This document shows, in pieces, positions 13,103 to 29,249 of a stretch of DNA of 64,000 nt. The translations under genes were made by a program, and so were the position numbers. Each line of letters begins with the position of its first letter. The stretch's first letter is position 1. Where the stretch lies: positions 37,200,001 to 37,264,000 of the forward strand of contig OX597835.1 in the NCBI GenBank assembly GCA_951406725.2, written 5' to 3'. The stretch comes from Octopus vulgaris. Taxonomy: Eukaryota. The notes under the pieces were generated by a model. The model saw only the letters and a list, made by a program, of their open reading frames with translations. It ran no database searches and had not been told where the DNA came from.

Positions 13103-13649
13103 TACTGATCTTCTTAACATGCACTCCAAAGAAAAATTTCATTTTGTAAGTCTTGAATAAATCATGTCTTGAAGGGAAGAAGCAAAGATGATTTCTTCAC
13201 ATTGCAAAAGTCAAATATAATAATAATAATAACTCTTTCTGCAATAGGCACAAGGTCTGAAATTTTTGGTAGAAGAGCTAGTGAATAACACTGACCCAAA
13301 TGTGTGACTGGTACTTAATCTGTTGATCCTGAAAGGATGAAAGACAAAGTTGACCTTAGCAGAATTTGAACCCAGAATATAGAGACGGATTAAATGCTGC
13401 TAAGCATTTTGTCCAACACTGTAATGATTCTGTCAGCTTACCACCTCAAATATAATGATAATAATGGTATAATTTTTAAAAATATGTAAAAAGAATACAG
13501 AAGATATACCAGTAGTTATAATATTTATACATTGCTCCCCAAAATATTTCTGTTAGGGCCAGCCACATCTTGCACAAGACTCTAGCAGTTCAATAAAAGA
13601 ATAGAATAATAGAATAATCTTCACACACTATGCAACAAGATTCTTATAA

Positions 13650-14040
13650 TCTGCTGGCTGAAACGTTAGCACACCAGGCAAAATGCTTAACGGTATTTCA
13701 TCTGCCGCTACGTTCTGAGTTCAAATTCCGCCGAGGTCGACTTTGCCTTTCATCCTTTCAGGGTCGATTAAATAAGTACCAGTTACGCACTGGGGTCAAT
13801 ATAATCGACAATCCGTTTGTCTGTCCTTGTTTGTCCCCTCTGTGTTTAGCCCCTTGTGGGTAGTAAAGAAATAGGTATTTCATCTGTCTTTACGTTCTGA
13901 GTTCAAATTCCACTGAGGTCGACTTTGCCTTTCATCCTTTCGGGGTAGATAAATTAAGGACCAGTTGCACACTGGGGTCGATCTAATCGAATGGCGCCCT
14001 CCCCCAAAATTTCGGGCCTTGTGCCAAGAGTAGAAAAGAA
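13650..14040 (+). mobile_element. SINE family B, partial tandem dimer
   Basis: Same core as 3100-3425 with junction aaagaaataggtattt. Confidence 0.85.
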
Positions 14041-14443
14041 TCTAAAATGACACAGCTTATACAACTTATTCTAGACTAGATTAAGGTCAAATCAAATAAC
14101 AGAATTCACATTACACACATCATTCACAACAAAAGCAAACACTAATGAAACAAGAAATGAGAAACTAAACCCCATAATGAAACAAATTGGTGCAGTATAC
14201 AAACAGGGAAAGTCTACACTCCTCCAGTCCCTATAAAAAAATTTAAGAACACTATGATGCACTCACCTCAAGAACATGGAGGTGTACCAGGTGGTGTTGT
14301 ATGATATCTCATGAATCTACTACAGGCAAACTTTTCATAATAATAATAATAATAATAATGATAATCAGAAATATTAAATTTCTAAATATCTCATAGAGAC
14401 ATGTATGGTGGTGGAGCGAAGGAGTGGTTGTATACTGTCAACC

Positions 14444-14689
14444 TAACGTGACAGTCCTGTAAGGGAATTTCACCACCACTGTTTAGCCCTAGGAAGCATC
14501 AATGCTTCCTGTCGGCCTTGACACATTTCCTGTGTCCTTATATATTTACAGGCCTAGCTGTTGGGGGTATTTGTCTCCCCTTCGTAAATATATAAGGACA
14601 CACGAAATGTGTCAAGGCCGACAGGAAGCATCGATGCTTCCTAGGGCTAAACAGCAGTGGTGTAATTCCCTTACAGGACTGTCACATTA
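14444..14689. mobile_element. Palindromic MITE (106-bp arms, 34-nt spacer)
   Basis: 14444-14549 is a near-perfect reverse complement of 14584-14689. Confidence 0.85.
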
Positions 14690-14714
14690 ATAATAATAAT
14701 GATAATAATAAAAT

Positions 14715-15530
14715 CCCATGTATGTGTTTTACCTTGATATAAAAATATGTGCTACAGCAAATATTCTGCTCAATACCACAGGTTTGCTAGTCAGTTGCTT
14801 GAGCTTAACCAGTTGAGCATGTTCCTTGGTGGCTGACGATGTGTGCATCTCTGATCACAAGCAGAAATAGTATATTTGTTTTTCGTATATTTGTACCCCA
14901 GTGTCGCTTTGATGATATGTAATGCTCTTTCACTCAATAATAACAATAATAAAAATAACAACAATAATAAATGCCCTAATGCCATACCAGGTAGTGGCTC
15001 TCATGGCTTCTGATCTTAACTGATTGGAAGTGTTATCATGTACATTGTTTTGTCTTGGTATAAAAGATGGGCTACAGCAAATATTCTGCTCAACACCCCA
15101 GATCTGCTTGTCAGTTGTTTGACCTTAAACCAGTTGAGTATGTCCCTTAGTGGCTGATGATATGTGCATCTCTGATCACGAGCAGAAGTTGTGGAGGAGC
15201 ATCATAACCATGTGTTGAGAGGGATTCTTTGGGGTTTTGATAATTCACCTTTGGAAACATGTGTAGTTCGTTCAACATCCTTAAACAATTCTTATTCAGG
15301 GACCTTTTGACTGCAATGGACTACTCAACCTGAAGAAAATTCCTACTGGGCCCCACCCGCAAGGGCATGTGTTGTTTATCTTGATATGAAATCACCATAT
15401 CATATACACATAGATGTGATGTATGTGATGTATGTATCCTTATCAGAGGAGTGGTCATGATTAGTATAATGGGCTTCATATATTTATACCCCAGTGTCTC
15501 TTTGATGGAATTCGTTGCTCTCTCAATAAT
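14715..15530. repeat. Partially duplicated interspersed repeat bounded by (AAT)n
   Basis: gctacagcaaatattctgctcaa...gtgcatctctgatcac at ~14750 and ~15070; shared end ccccagtgtc..tttgat..ctcaataataa. Confidence 0.6.
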
Positions 15531-15544
15531 AATAATAATGGTGA

Positions 15545-16131
15545 AACCATATGGAATATTACCAGCCAATGTTCGTTACTAGCCCAGAAGGAATATAAGA
15601 GATGCCACAACAATATAGCAAAGCTTGTCCATTGACAGAGCAAAAAATTGGTACGACCACAAACCCGAAGGCATCATCGAAAATGATGATGCAAAGATCC
15701 TGTGGTATTTTATGATTCAGTGCGACCATGAGATAGTGAATAGGAAGCCAGACATAGTAAGCCAGAAAGAAAACAAATTATGCTGGACCATAGATATAGC
15801 ATTCCCAACTGACAACAAATATATGCGATAAGGAAGAAAGAAAAGTCGATAGATATGACAGCTTGGGAGGTTAAGTAGTAGAGGTCGATGGAAAAGGTAG
15901 TAGTAGTATCAATAATTGTCGGAGCCCAGGCAACAGTGAGTAAAAATCTTGAGAAATACATGACACAAATAGGGGCTGCAATAAGGGTGGAGCCTTGCAG
16001 AAAACAGCACTGCTTGGAACCACTCGAATACTCTGGAAGGTGCTCAAAAAATAAGGGGTGTTAACTTAGTTCACTGGTAGTGAACAGCTGACACTGTAGT
16101 ACATCTCCAGCGTTAGAAGCTGTGCAAAGGC
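15545..16131 (+). mobile_element. R4/Dong-like non-LTR retrotransposon 3' end (restriction-like endonuclease), degenerate
   Basis: WYDHKPEGIIENDDAKILW..IQCDHEIVNRKPDIV..IDIAFP..LQKTALLGT; (AAT)n tail. Confidence 0.85.
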
Positions 16132-16172
<41 letters not shown>

Positions 16173-16189
16173 TAATAATAATAATAATA

Positions 16190-16573
16190 ATATTTCAAGC
16201 ACCATCTGGAGTATTTGAGAAGTTCCAAGCAGTTCTGTTTTCTGCAAGTGCTCCACCCTTATTGCAGCCCCTATTTGTTCTATGTACTTCTTAAGATTTT
16301 TACTCACTGTTCCCAGGGCTCTGACAATTATGGGCACTACTACCACTGTTTTTATCGACTAAAACTGTTTGGCCTCCCAAGCTAACCTGTCATATCTATC
16401 AACTTTTCTTTCCTCCTTATCGTATACCTTGTTGTCAGCTGGGCATGCTATATCTATCATCCTGCATCCGTTGCTTTATTCCTCATTTAACACTCTGTCT
16501 GGTTACCTTAGTTCACTGGTAAGGAACAGCTGACACCGGGATATATCTCCAGTGTTAGAAGCTATGTAAAAAC
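16190..16573. mobile_element. Second R4/Dong-like copy with a 5' inversion (coding part minus 16190-16502, 3' UTR plus 16503-16573)
   Basis: VVVPIIVRALGTVSKNLKKYIEQIG..LQKTELLGT on minus; 3' UTR ttagttcactggta..gaacagctgacac on plus matches ~16065-16130. Confidence 0.8.
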
Positions 16574-16619
16574 ATAATATAATAATAATAATAATAATAA
16601 TAATGATAATAATACTATC

Positions 16620-17080
16620 GTTTATATTGACTGTCCCAATCGATATAAACGTATCTGTCAAGACCTACCAGAAACTGAGTAAATATAAAGATCTGGAAAT
16701 AGAAATCAGCAAAATGTGGAACCTGAAGACTAAAACAGTACCTGTTGTCATAGGTGCCCTGGGAATGATAGCAAAAGGGGCTGATTGCTACCTAACTCAG
16801 ATACCAGGAAACCCAAAAATGGCAGAAATTCAAAAGATAGTGCTCATGGGAACTGCTCATATCCTACGCAAAATACTTTCTTTGTAATCTCAAGTTTTAA
16901 GACAAACATAATTTTCATATGGTTTTTTAGGCATTCACTAGTACAACACTAAATACAAAACCAAATATATGGCGCCCTAGGCATAACACCAACACAAACT
17001 TCCAACCTGTTGTCTCTTGAGGTGTCTGGGTGAGACTTGGAGCCAGCTTATGCAAATGTAAAGCAAAAGTCAAACATGGA
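16620..17080 (+). mobile_element. R4/Dong-like element 3' end, different subfamily
   Basis: KLSKYKDLEIEISKMWNLKTKTVPVVIGALG..IQKIVLMGTAHILRK; flanked by (AAT)n. Confidence 0.85.
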
Positions 17081-17655
17081 ATAATAATAATAACAACAAC
17101 AATAATAGTATTTGATTCTTCTGTCTGAAGTATTTCTATTAGACATCGTACAGGTTTCTCCTTCACCTACAATTTTGTAATTCTTGTTAGCAAAGGAAAT
17201 AAGTGTAATGGTGAATAAATGATACCACACCATTTTCCTAACTTTCTGTTTTGATACATATATGTATATATTTGCATACGCCTATATATATGCATGTATC
17301 TGTATATGCTTACACACACACACACATATTTATGGTATGTATATGCATACACACATTAGTTAGGCCATTATTTTAAAGATATCTTATTGACAGATTTGGC
17401 AGATATCTAACGAAAGAGGTCATGACTTAATAGTAAAAAAAAACAAAAAAAATTCCAGATCGAATTTATATTTTTGATGTTTATCTCAGATATCTGTTTA
17501 TATTTATCTTTATCTACACTTGTGATGTGCAGTTCTGTGGTGTGTCTTGTGTGTGTGTGTGTTTTGCCTCTGGTAGTGGATTTTTCATTAAAAAGGGGAG
17601 ACTTCCTTCTTGCTTCTACTAGTTGTAGAACCTGTATGTGCATGTGTGTCTATAT

Positions 17656-18125
17656 ACAGGGTGCGATGGGTAAATTTTTTGCATTTTATCTTTTTAATTT
17701 CATGCATATGTATTGTTTGTTTTTGAATTTTTCGACTACACAGTATAGTAGGGTCAGTTGGGCACTGTCTGTGAGAAAACTAGCACTCTACCAGAAATTT
17801 GGAAACGACATGCTGTACTGCTTGGCATTCATGCCGGAAGCTTCAATATGAACATTTTAGAGTGTCTCGGTGTCAATCTGAGGTAAGGTACCAAGAGTGA
17901 TAAAAGTCAAACATTCAGTAACATCATGGTGTTTGGAGTGATCACTTGTGATGGTGAAATTATGCCTCCATTCATCTTCCCACACAGCCTCAGACTCAAC
18001 ATGGGGGCCTACATCAAGTACCTGGCGGAGGTAGTGCTGCCCTGGGTGAAGAGGGTGGCTATTGGAACACCTTGTGTTTGGCAAGAGGACTCTGCCCCAT
18101 ACCACACAAGCAGAACCCAGACATG
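17656..18125 (+). mobile_element. Tc1/mariner (maT/DD37D-like) deleted transposon
   Basis: TA-CAGGGTG start; MVFGVITCDGEIMPPFIF..VVLPW..VWQEDSAPYHTS. Confidence 0.8.
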
Positions 18126-18129
18126 ACAG

Positions 18130-18703
18130 CCACTAAGAGCACACTCTCTGTGCACGATTAAACTTGGAAAGTTTGTGAGGAACCCAATTTTCTGACTTTT
18201 CAAATGGCATACAGGTGTCAATGAATGGTTGAATGACCAAATCCAAGCTTCTGTGCTGGTTTTTCAACAGTTATGATGGAATTTTGTTCCACCAGGGTTT
18301 GCAGGACATCCTTGTCAAGCTCTACAGATCTTCCAGGTCAAGGCTCGCCTGCTAAGCTGTAGTTTCTGGCTCGAAATTTCTGGAATCACCATTGACACTG
18401 GCTTACAATTATTGCCCAATCCCCAAAAACTGCGTTAATATTCCTCACATTTTCAATTGCATTGTTGCCTTTATTGAACTCATAAAGCAAAATATGCCGA
18501 AAATATTCCTTTGCCAATTCCATTAGAGCTTTGAAAAAAATAAGTGTTAAAATCGAACTATGCTCTTCAAAACTTGCACTAAGTACAAAGTAAAATTACT
18601 ACCTGCTTTTATAGCAAGTTGATGCAGGTAGTTCATCCCATGCCCCTCTGACTAGTTCATGCAATTGAAAAAAAAACAGCATTATTTCTGGGATAACCTA
18701 ATA
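18130..18703 (-). mobile_element. Mariner 5' fragment
   Basis: TATTAGGTT-type TIR at 18703 (minus); N-terminal FRHILLYEFNKGNNA near 18460-18505. Confidence 0.75.
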
Positions 18704-20110
<1,407 letters not shown>

Positions 20111-20451
20111 TATGTTGCACACATACATAAATACACTCACACATATACCGACATGCATTGAAACAAACAAAAACACGCACAGATAGACACACATACAAAC
20201 ATACACACACATCTATACAGAGATAAACATTCAGCGCCACTGTCACACACACATGCACACACATGATCAAGCATATATATATGTGAACGCACATAACGGA
20301 ACCAACAATAATCTTAGAAACCAATAGCTAACAAAATTTCCAAGCACAATGTCACATACTGCAGCAGAGAAAAGAAGAGAGAGGAATGATTCCAGTACTT
20401 TTTGAAAATCTCAGAAGAAATCCATTTACCATTTCTTAAAGAGTCTTATCA

Positions 20452-20488
<37 letters not shown>

Positions 20489-20710
20489 AGTCTCTGTTTT
20501 TTTTTTTATTTTTCTTTGCTGTTCTTTTATTTCTTCAAGATCAATTCAATTTCGCAACATCGCTTGTCAGAACGGGGGAGACTTAGTTTTCAATCCTGGC
20601 ATTGATTTTGTTTGGTAACAAAGATGGAACAATTTACAAGAGAATTTCAGTTCCATAATGAAGCGCCATTTATGAGTACCATTTTCTCTGATATTCCAGG
20701 TTTTTTATGT

Positions 20711-21830
<1,120 letters not shown>

Positions 21831-22166
21831 GTGTTTGGGAAAGAGAAGGAAATTGTAAAAGATAGGACAATAAAAACTGAAGATACATTTCTGAAAAAAA
21901 AAAACCAATCCAAAAACCAAACAAATCACAACAACAATAACAGAAGGAAATAGAAAAAAATATTAAACAAATTTTATATGAAAGAGGAAAATAAAAGAAG
22001 TTAAAATACAAAATTATATATATTTAATTTCAAAAAAATATATATGGCAAAATTTTATAGACCAAAATGATAAATAAAAGTAAAATTCATATACATGCCA
22101 AAGTGAATATACACATACACACAATCATAAACACGTACACACAAACACACATACAATCATACATAT

Positions 22167-22219
<53 letters not shown>

Positions 22220-22844
22220 AATATACACACAAATTTCCAAAATTTCTTTTTAATGATTCCTGACTTCTTTCTATCAAACACCACCATATTATTCACCTCA
22301 TTCATCATCATCATCATCATCATCATCACCATCATCACTATCATCACAATCGTCATCGTCATCATCGTCGCTTTCATCATCATCATCATTATCATCATCA
22401 TCATTTAACATCCACTTTTTCGTGCTTGCATGAGAAGGAAAGAATTTGTTGAGGCAGATTTCATAGAGTCAGATGCTCTTCCTGTCACCAACCCTCACCT
22501 GTTTCCAAGCAAGGTTAATATTTCCACCATGGCCAGACATGTCTGTCTACAAAAAATTGAAAACAATCAACCTCGCTTGTATGACAGTGATACATATTTA
22601 CAACCATTGCATTCTGTCAAGGCAACGGTACACACACACATACATACATGCTCACATATATACATACACATATAAGACAAGCTTCTCTCAGTTTCTGTTT
22701 ACCAAATATCTATTGTAGAAGACATTTGCCCCAAGGAGCTTGCAGTGGGACTGTACCTTAAACCAAATAGTCTTTGGGAAGTTTCCTAACCTCACAGCTA
22801 CACACACACATATAAAAGGGTAAATAATAATAATAATAATAATG

Positions 22845-23560
22845 AAATTATTGTATACAGTGCTCAGGTGCACCACAACTTCTCAAAAGTGCGTATAATG
22901 CATATGCAGTAATGTACAAACGTGTGGGAAGTGAACAGTGCATGAATCAGATACATGCTTGCGTGTGTATGGAGGGGAGAAAATCAGTTGTAGTGTTGGT
23001 GAATCTCAGGAAGCATGGAAGTTTTGAAGGATGCAGTGCTCTGAAAACTAACAACTGATGCTGGCAGTTTGTTCCATGCTTCAGCAACTCTAAGCGTGAA
23101 AAAATGTTTCCAAAAGTCATGGGAGCTGTACTGTTTTCTGACTTTGTAAACATGTCCACGGGTGTTAGACAGATGGAGTTTGAAAAGGTGCTCAGAGTTA
23201 TTTTTAGTAAGATGGTTAATAATTTTATGGGTGTCTGCCAAGTCAGCTGCCAGACGTCGGAGTTTCAATGTGTCCGTGCCCAGGGAAGTAAGGTGTTCAG
23301 AATATGGAAAATGCCTGATGGAGGGCATTCTCTTGGTTGCACGTCGCTGAACGGCTTCCAGACGATTAATATCCTGGGCAAGATAGGGGTTCCAGACCGG
23401 TGATGCAAATTCCAGGTGAGGCCGTACCATAGCTATATAAAGTTTCAGATAGATAGCTGGAGAGCGGCTCACAAAGGACTTGGTAAGTAATGCCAAGACA
23501 CTCTCAGCCTTCTTGGCAATTTTAGTAATGCGTTTTGTCCAACGCAAATCGCTGACCCCT
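22845..23560 (-). mobile_element. CR1-group LINE 3' fragment (region C-terminal to the RT core)
   Basis: LYIAMVRPHLEFASPVWNPY..LEAVQRRATK..TRGH..FFTLRVAEAWNKLP; (ATT)n tail. Confidence 0.92.
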
Positions 23561-23835
23561 TTCAATCACGAATGACCATGGGATTGCACTTAGAAAGTTT
23601 CCCTCTGAGGCACAAGTCCAGGGAAGGTTGTTTTTATGGCAGACCAGCAATCGCCCATGCATAACCAGCCTCCTCTCTCCATGCTAACAATATTATCCAA
23701 GGGAAAGGCAAAGGCTGCTACAGCTTGGCACCAGTGACATTGCAACTCATTTCTACACTTTAGTGAACTGAAGCAATGTGAAATAAAGTGTCTTGCTCAA
23801 GAATACAACAGACAGCCAAGTCTGGGGATCAAACT
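23560..23835 (-). mobile_element. tRNA-derived SINE (family E), head truncated
   Basis: Reverse match to 51158-51495. Confidence 0.75.
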
Positions 23836-25271
23836 GTGTCTTTTCAGAATGGATGGCAGTAATGAGTTGACAGTACATAGTTGGGTATGGTCATAAATAT
23901 TGTCAAGATTTCTAGTTTGTTTTTGTTTGTTCCTTCTCGAGCCATGCCTGGTTCATAAGGGCCGGTTTCCTGGTTTCTTGGTGTATAGGTTCCCCATCTG
24001 GACGGGACGCCGGTCCGTCGCAGGTGAGCAGCAAGATACAGGAGAAAAGAGTGAGAGAAAGTTGTGGCAAAAGAGTCAGCAGAAGTTCGTCATTACCTTC
24101 TGCCGGAGCCACGTGGAGCTTAGGTGTTTTCACTCATAAACACACACATCGCTCGGTCTGAGATTCGAACCCGTGATCCCTTGACTGCGAGTCCGCTGCT
24201 CTAACCACTAGGCCATGTGCTTCCACAAGATGTCTAGGATTAGTATAAAGTAACTGTCTATAAAGGAAGCTGGGTAGGGAAGACCCCAAATCAAGATGTT
24301 AATTTTATAATGGCCTTTATGTAAGTAGCCCCACCTAATTATATACCCCTGGGAAATTCTAATATCATGTATGTAATAGCATCGGTTACTTTACAACTTA
24401 TAATATACCTGTTCGTCAAAATACCTCAAAATGCCCTCACTACTCCCATACCTATTGCTTCTTCTTTGAGGTTATCTTTATCTGTCCCCTACTTCAAATT
24501 TTAAAACCCTGTCCCTTTAAAATGTTAGTTTTTATATATATTTTCTTACTTTTCTCTATAATTTTCTTATTATTTGTTTTCTTATTTTGATATTTTTACC
24601 TATTAACTTCTCCCTTTGTAAGTTGTTACTTTTCTTAAAGAGAAATATATACATTCTAGTTAATTAAGTCTAAGAGAGTTAATATTAATGTATTAATATT
24701 TGTATATATTTGCATGTGTACACATAGATAAATATATATGTGTGTTTCTTTATATATGTTTTATTTTACCAGTATTTTTTTTTCTGATTCTTAGCTTATA
24801 AAATTAATATATAGATTGCATGTTTCATTGCCCCAGAATTCCATTAGTAAATACCTGGAGCAGTCTTTATAGAAACCACCTAATAAGTAAAATAATTAAG
24901 TATACGAATGAATATTAAACTAATTCTATGTTATCTTCCCTTTCTATTGTTGAAAATTTGGTATATATACAAATTCTATCTATATAGTTATAATATCATT
25001 TTCGATAATCTTTATACAACATAATATTATCATTTATAATCAACCACCTATAGTACCCCATGTTAAAATTTCTTCTGTATTAACATCATTGGTTTCATTA
25101 ACATCTTGCCCCTTTAACTGGTAATTAACATCTTGACTTGGAGCCTTCTACTACCCTACGTCCTTTATAGAGTTACTTTATACTAATCCTTGAAATCTTG
25201 ACTATATTTATGACCATACCCAACTATATACTGCCAACTCACTTCTGCCCTCCATTCCAAACAGACACAGT
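23833..25271. mobile_element. Element with ~150-bp diverged terminal inverted repeats; left TIR split by a SINE
   Basis: 23833-23915 plus 24238-24305 is the reverse complement of ~25122-25271. Confidence 0.7.
23916..24226 (-). mobile_element. tRNA-derived SINE with 11-bp TSD
   Basis: TSD aagatttctag (23905-23915) and aagatgtctag (24227-24237); head tggcctagtggttagagc..ggttcgaatc. Confidence 0.9.
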
Positions 25272-25384
25272 CCTCTAGTCTTAGATTTGGTAATTGATAA
25301 ACAAGACTAATAACTGAACCTAAATCCATTACAAACTATGACCCCTATAGACTCTCATACCTTTCTTGAAGTCTAGCATATTCT

Positions 25385-25620
25385 TATTTCTTTATTGCCC
25401 ACAAGGGGCCAAAGATAGAGGGGAAAAACAAGGACAGACAAACGGATTAAGTCGATTACATCGACCTCAGTGTGTAACTGGTACTTAATTTATCGACCCC
25501 AAAAAGGATGAAAGGCAAAGTTGACCTCGGCGGAATTTGAACTCAGAACGTAACAGCAGACGAAATGTCGCTAAGCATTTTGTCCAGCGTGCTAACGTTT
25601 CTGCCAGCTTACTGCCTTAA
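25385..25620 (-). mobile_element. SINE family B
   Basis: Match to other copies. Confidence 0.85.
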
Positions 25621-25967
25621 GTCTAGTATATTCTAAGCCATAGTAGTGGCAGCATGGACTTTGTCTATCTTCTTGCTCTATTAGAGTATTTAAGTAAAAT
25701 TATAGTAATGTACCTGACTGATTAAAAAATTCTATTCATTTATTTATGCAGCAGAGGACAGGCTTGCATTTAAATTGATGTAATGATTGCAATGTTCAAT
25801 TAAATGGAGCCACTTGAATCGGTCATACTGCATCACCTCTGGATATCCTGTCGCTTATTTTGATTTTATTCACCTTACTCTGAGTTGTACGGATAATACC
25901 ACACTAATTTTGGTGCTTCAACCAAAGCACCTAATTTCAACCGAATCTCAATTATTTTCTATATACA

Positions 25968-26345
25968 TATCATCATCATCATCGTTTAGCATCTGTTTTC
26001 CATGCTAGCATGGGTTGGACGGTTCAACTGGGGTCTGGGAAGCCAGAAGGCTGCACCAGGCCCAGTCTGATCTGGCAATGTTTCTACGGCTGGATGCCCT
26101 ACCTAACACCAACCACTCCGTGAGTGTAGTGGGTGCTTTTTACGTGCCAGATGAGGCTGGCAAACAGCCACGATCAGATGGTGCTTTTTACGTGCCACCG
26201 ACATGGGGGCCAGGTGAGGCTGGCATCGGCCACGATCGGATGGTGCTTTGTAAGTGCCACCGGCACGAGGCCAGTCGGGGCGGTGCTGGCAACGGCCACG
26301 TTCAGATGGTTCTCCTACGTACCACCGGCACTGGTATCACAGCTA
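25968..26345 (-). mobile_element. Retroposon family C with internal tandem subrepeats
   Basis: Repeated ggtgctttttacgtgcca units; (CAT)n at left end. Confidence 0.8.
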
Positions 26346-27011
26346 TATATATATATGATATAGTCGCAGGTATGGCTTTGTGGTAAGAAGTTTGTTTCGT
26401 AACCTCATGGTTTGTGGTTCAATTTCGCTGCATAGCCTTTGAGTAAATTACTTCTATTATAGCCCTGGGCCAATGAAAATCTTGTGAGTGTACTTGGGTG
26501 GTGGAAACTGGAAGAAACCCATTGTGTATATATATGTGTGTGTGTGTGAGAATGTGTTTTTGTGTCTCCTTGTCTTGACATTTTGTGGTGATTGTAAACG
26601 TATTCTAAAGTTGGATGCGCTTCTTCCTGTCAAATCTTATTTTCAAGTAGGTTATTTTATTCCATTAGTCTTTGTATATTAAGCTAATGACCTGTGGCAG
26701 TGTCAGGAGTGGTTGCATAATGTTTATACAGCATACAAAGAAGCTTCATTACTGCCAAACACACGCAGACACATACGCACAAATATACACATACACACAT
26801 GCACACATACACAAACCCAAACACACACACGCGCGACCACAAATACATACAACTATGGACAACAGACACACACATTGACAAATACATACATAGACACAAA
26901 CATGGGCACACAATGACACAGACACACTCGCACATGCACACAAAGCGCACACACACAAACACATACACAGACACACAAATTCACAAACACATACAGACAC
27001 GAATGCACTCT

Positions 27012-27055
<44 letters not shown>

Positions 27056-27692
27056 TGCAAATACACAAACACATACAGACACAAACACACACACACACAA
27101 TTATGTGCAGGCTCACACACATAAGGATTCCACACAGTTTTCATTTACCAATTCTTTTGCCAACCAAAATTTCATCTCTCTAAATTTCACACTTCTCCTT
27201 TTAAACTCAGCTCATTAAAGCCCAATTTACAATTTAATTAAATTATCAGCCAACACAATCATTAATTATTAGTGACACTACCACATCTGATGGGTTCATA
27301 AAGCCATTAGCTGCTCATTTCTGTGTGGACAGGGTGGTGTGTACATGACCTCTGCAGTAGGTTGCAAACAATGTCAAGTCTTTGTTGAGGTCATTCACTG
27401 TTTTTATGTCCAGAGTGAAACACATAAACATCTATTCATACTCGTGTCAGTGAACTTGTTTACAAATTTCACCTGGCTTCAATCATATCTTGCCTTGTTT
27501 CAATATAGATGGCACATGTTTATTGTATCATTCACATGATTAATGCATATACGCACACATATATATATGTATGTGTGTAGGTATGTATATGTGGGTGTAT
27601 AGGCATGTTTCAATGTATGTATGTATGTATGTACGCATGTATCTATCTATCTACCTGTCACCACACTCACGAATTATATATCATATATATAC

Positions 27693-27724
<32 letters not shown>

Positions 27725-27731
27725 GTATATG

Positions 27732-27762
<31 letters not shown>

Positions 27763-27845
27763 ATATATATATATGTACGTACATATATATATACGTATAT
27801 ATATATATATATATATATTATATTATATATATATGTGTGTGTGTA

Positions 27846-27878
<33 letters not shown>

Positions 27879-28449
27879 GTACGTACATATATATATATAC
27901 GTACATATATATATATATTATATTATATTATATATATATGTACACATATACATGCACACATACATTATTTTTATATAAATGAATACAAATATGGATATAG
28001 ATGAGTGTGTGTGTGTCTGAATTTAGCTATCTAACCATATGCACATACGTATATGAATATACTTATATATATTCATATGTATATTGTATACATGTGTGCA
28101 CACACACATATGTATGTATGTATGTATGTCTGTATGTATGTATAATGGCAGGAAAAACACAAATGTAGAATGACAATATTCTTAATTACTTGAATCTGGA
28201 AAATTACAGAGCACAAGGAAAAGGGTAGCTTAGAAATATTGGCAGCTCAAGTTGGAGTCACAATTTAAATATGTCTTTTGTTTAGGCTTGGATGGGGTGA
28301 AAAAGTAGGAAAAAGATTAAAGAGAAATTCAGGGTCCTTTTGGCAGAATGCTGGCAAAAATCATTAACCCTTAAGAGACAACAGGGCTAATCAATTGGCC
28401 AAAAGGTTGAATGATGAAGACGATTAGGCCAATCTGTTGGCCTGATAAT

Positions 28450-28834
28450 GGGGAAGCACTCCGTTGGTTACGACGATGAGGGTTCCGGTTGATCCGACCA
28501 ATGGAACAGCCTGTTCGTGAAATTAACGTGTAAGTGGCTGAGCATTCCACAGACACATGTACCCTTAATGTAGTTCTCGGGGATATTCAGCGTGACACAG
28601 AGAGTGACAAGGCTGGCCCTTTGAAATACAGGTACAACAGAAACAGGAAGAAAGAGTGAGAGAAAGTTGTGGCGAAAGAGTACAGCAGGGATCGCCACCA
28701 CCCCCTGCCGGAGCCTCGTGGAGCTTTAGGTGTTTTCGCTCAATAAACACTCACAACGCCCGGTCTGGGAATCGAAACCGCGATCCTACGACCGTGAATC
28801 CACTGCCCTAACCACTGGGCCATTGTGCCTCCAT
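28450..28834 (-). mobile_element. tRNA-derived SINE (family D head, distinct tail) with 13-bp TSD
   Basis: TSD ttggcctgataat at 28437-28449 and 28835-28847. Confidence 0.9.
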
Positions 28835-29249
28835 TTGGCCTGATAATATTTGTCTTGAGATTAGCTGGCTGGTCTTCATACTAGCCAATCAGACCACTTC
28901 TCACATTTCTTTAACATCTGGGCCTTTCAATGGTGGCTGGCTTCCATGATAGTTTACTGTGTTCTGTGATTCTACATCAATGTTTTTGCATTCCAAATGA
29001 GCATCGTGAAATTTCACCACATCCGATAGTAACGCTGATGAAATTATAGTTAACGAGTCTGATTTCTCCCAGCCTAGTTGTCATTAGTTTGACACTAAAA
29101 CTGGTGAAAACAACCAGGAAAATAATGGAGAAAGATCAAAATGACAATGGCGATGATATTGTTGTGAACCCTTGCTTTAGGATTAGGGATACTGAACTAG
29201 ATAGAGATGATCCCTTTGAATTCTTAGAAAATATAGGGCCTAGAAATAT

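Noticed and set aside
24150-24226. tRNA gene
   Set aside because: tRNA-like head continues into a SINE body flanked by a TSD
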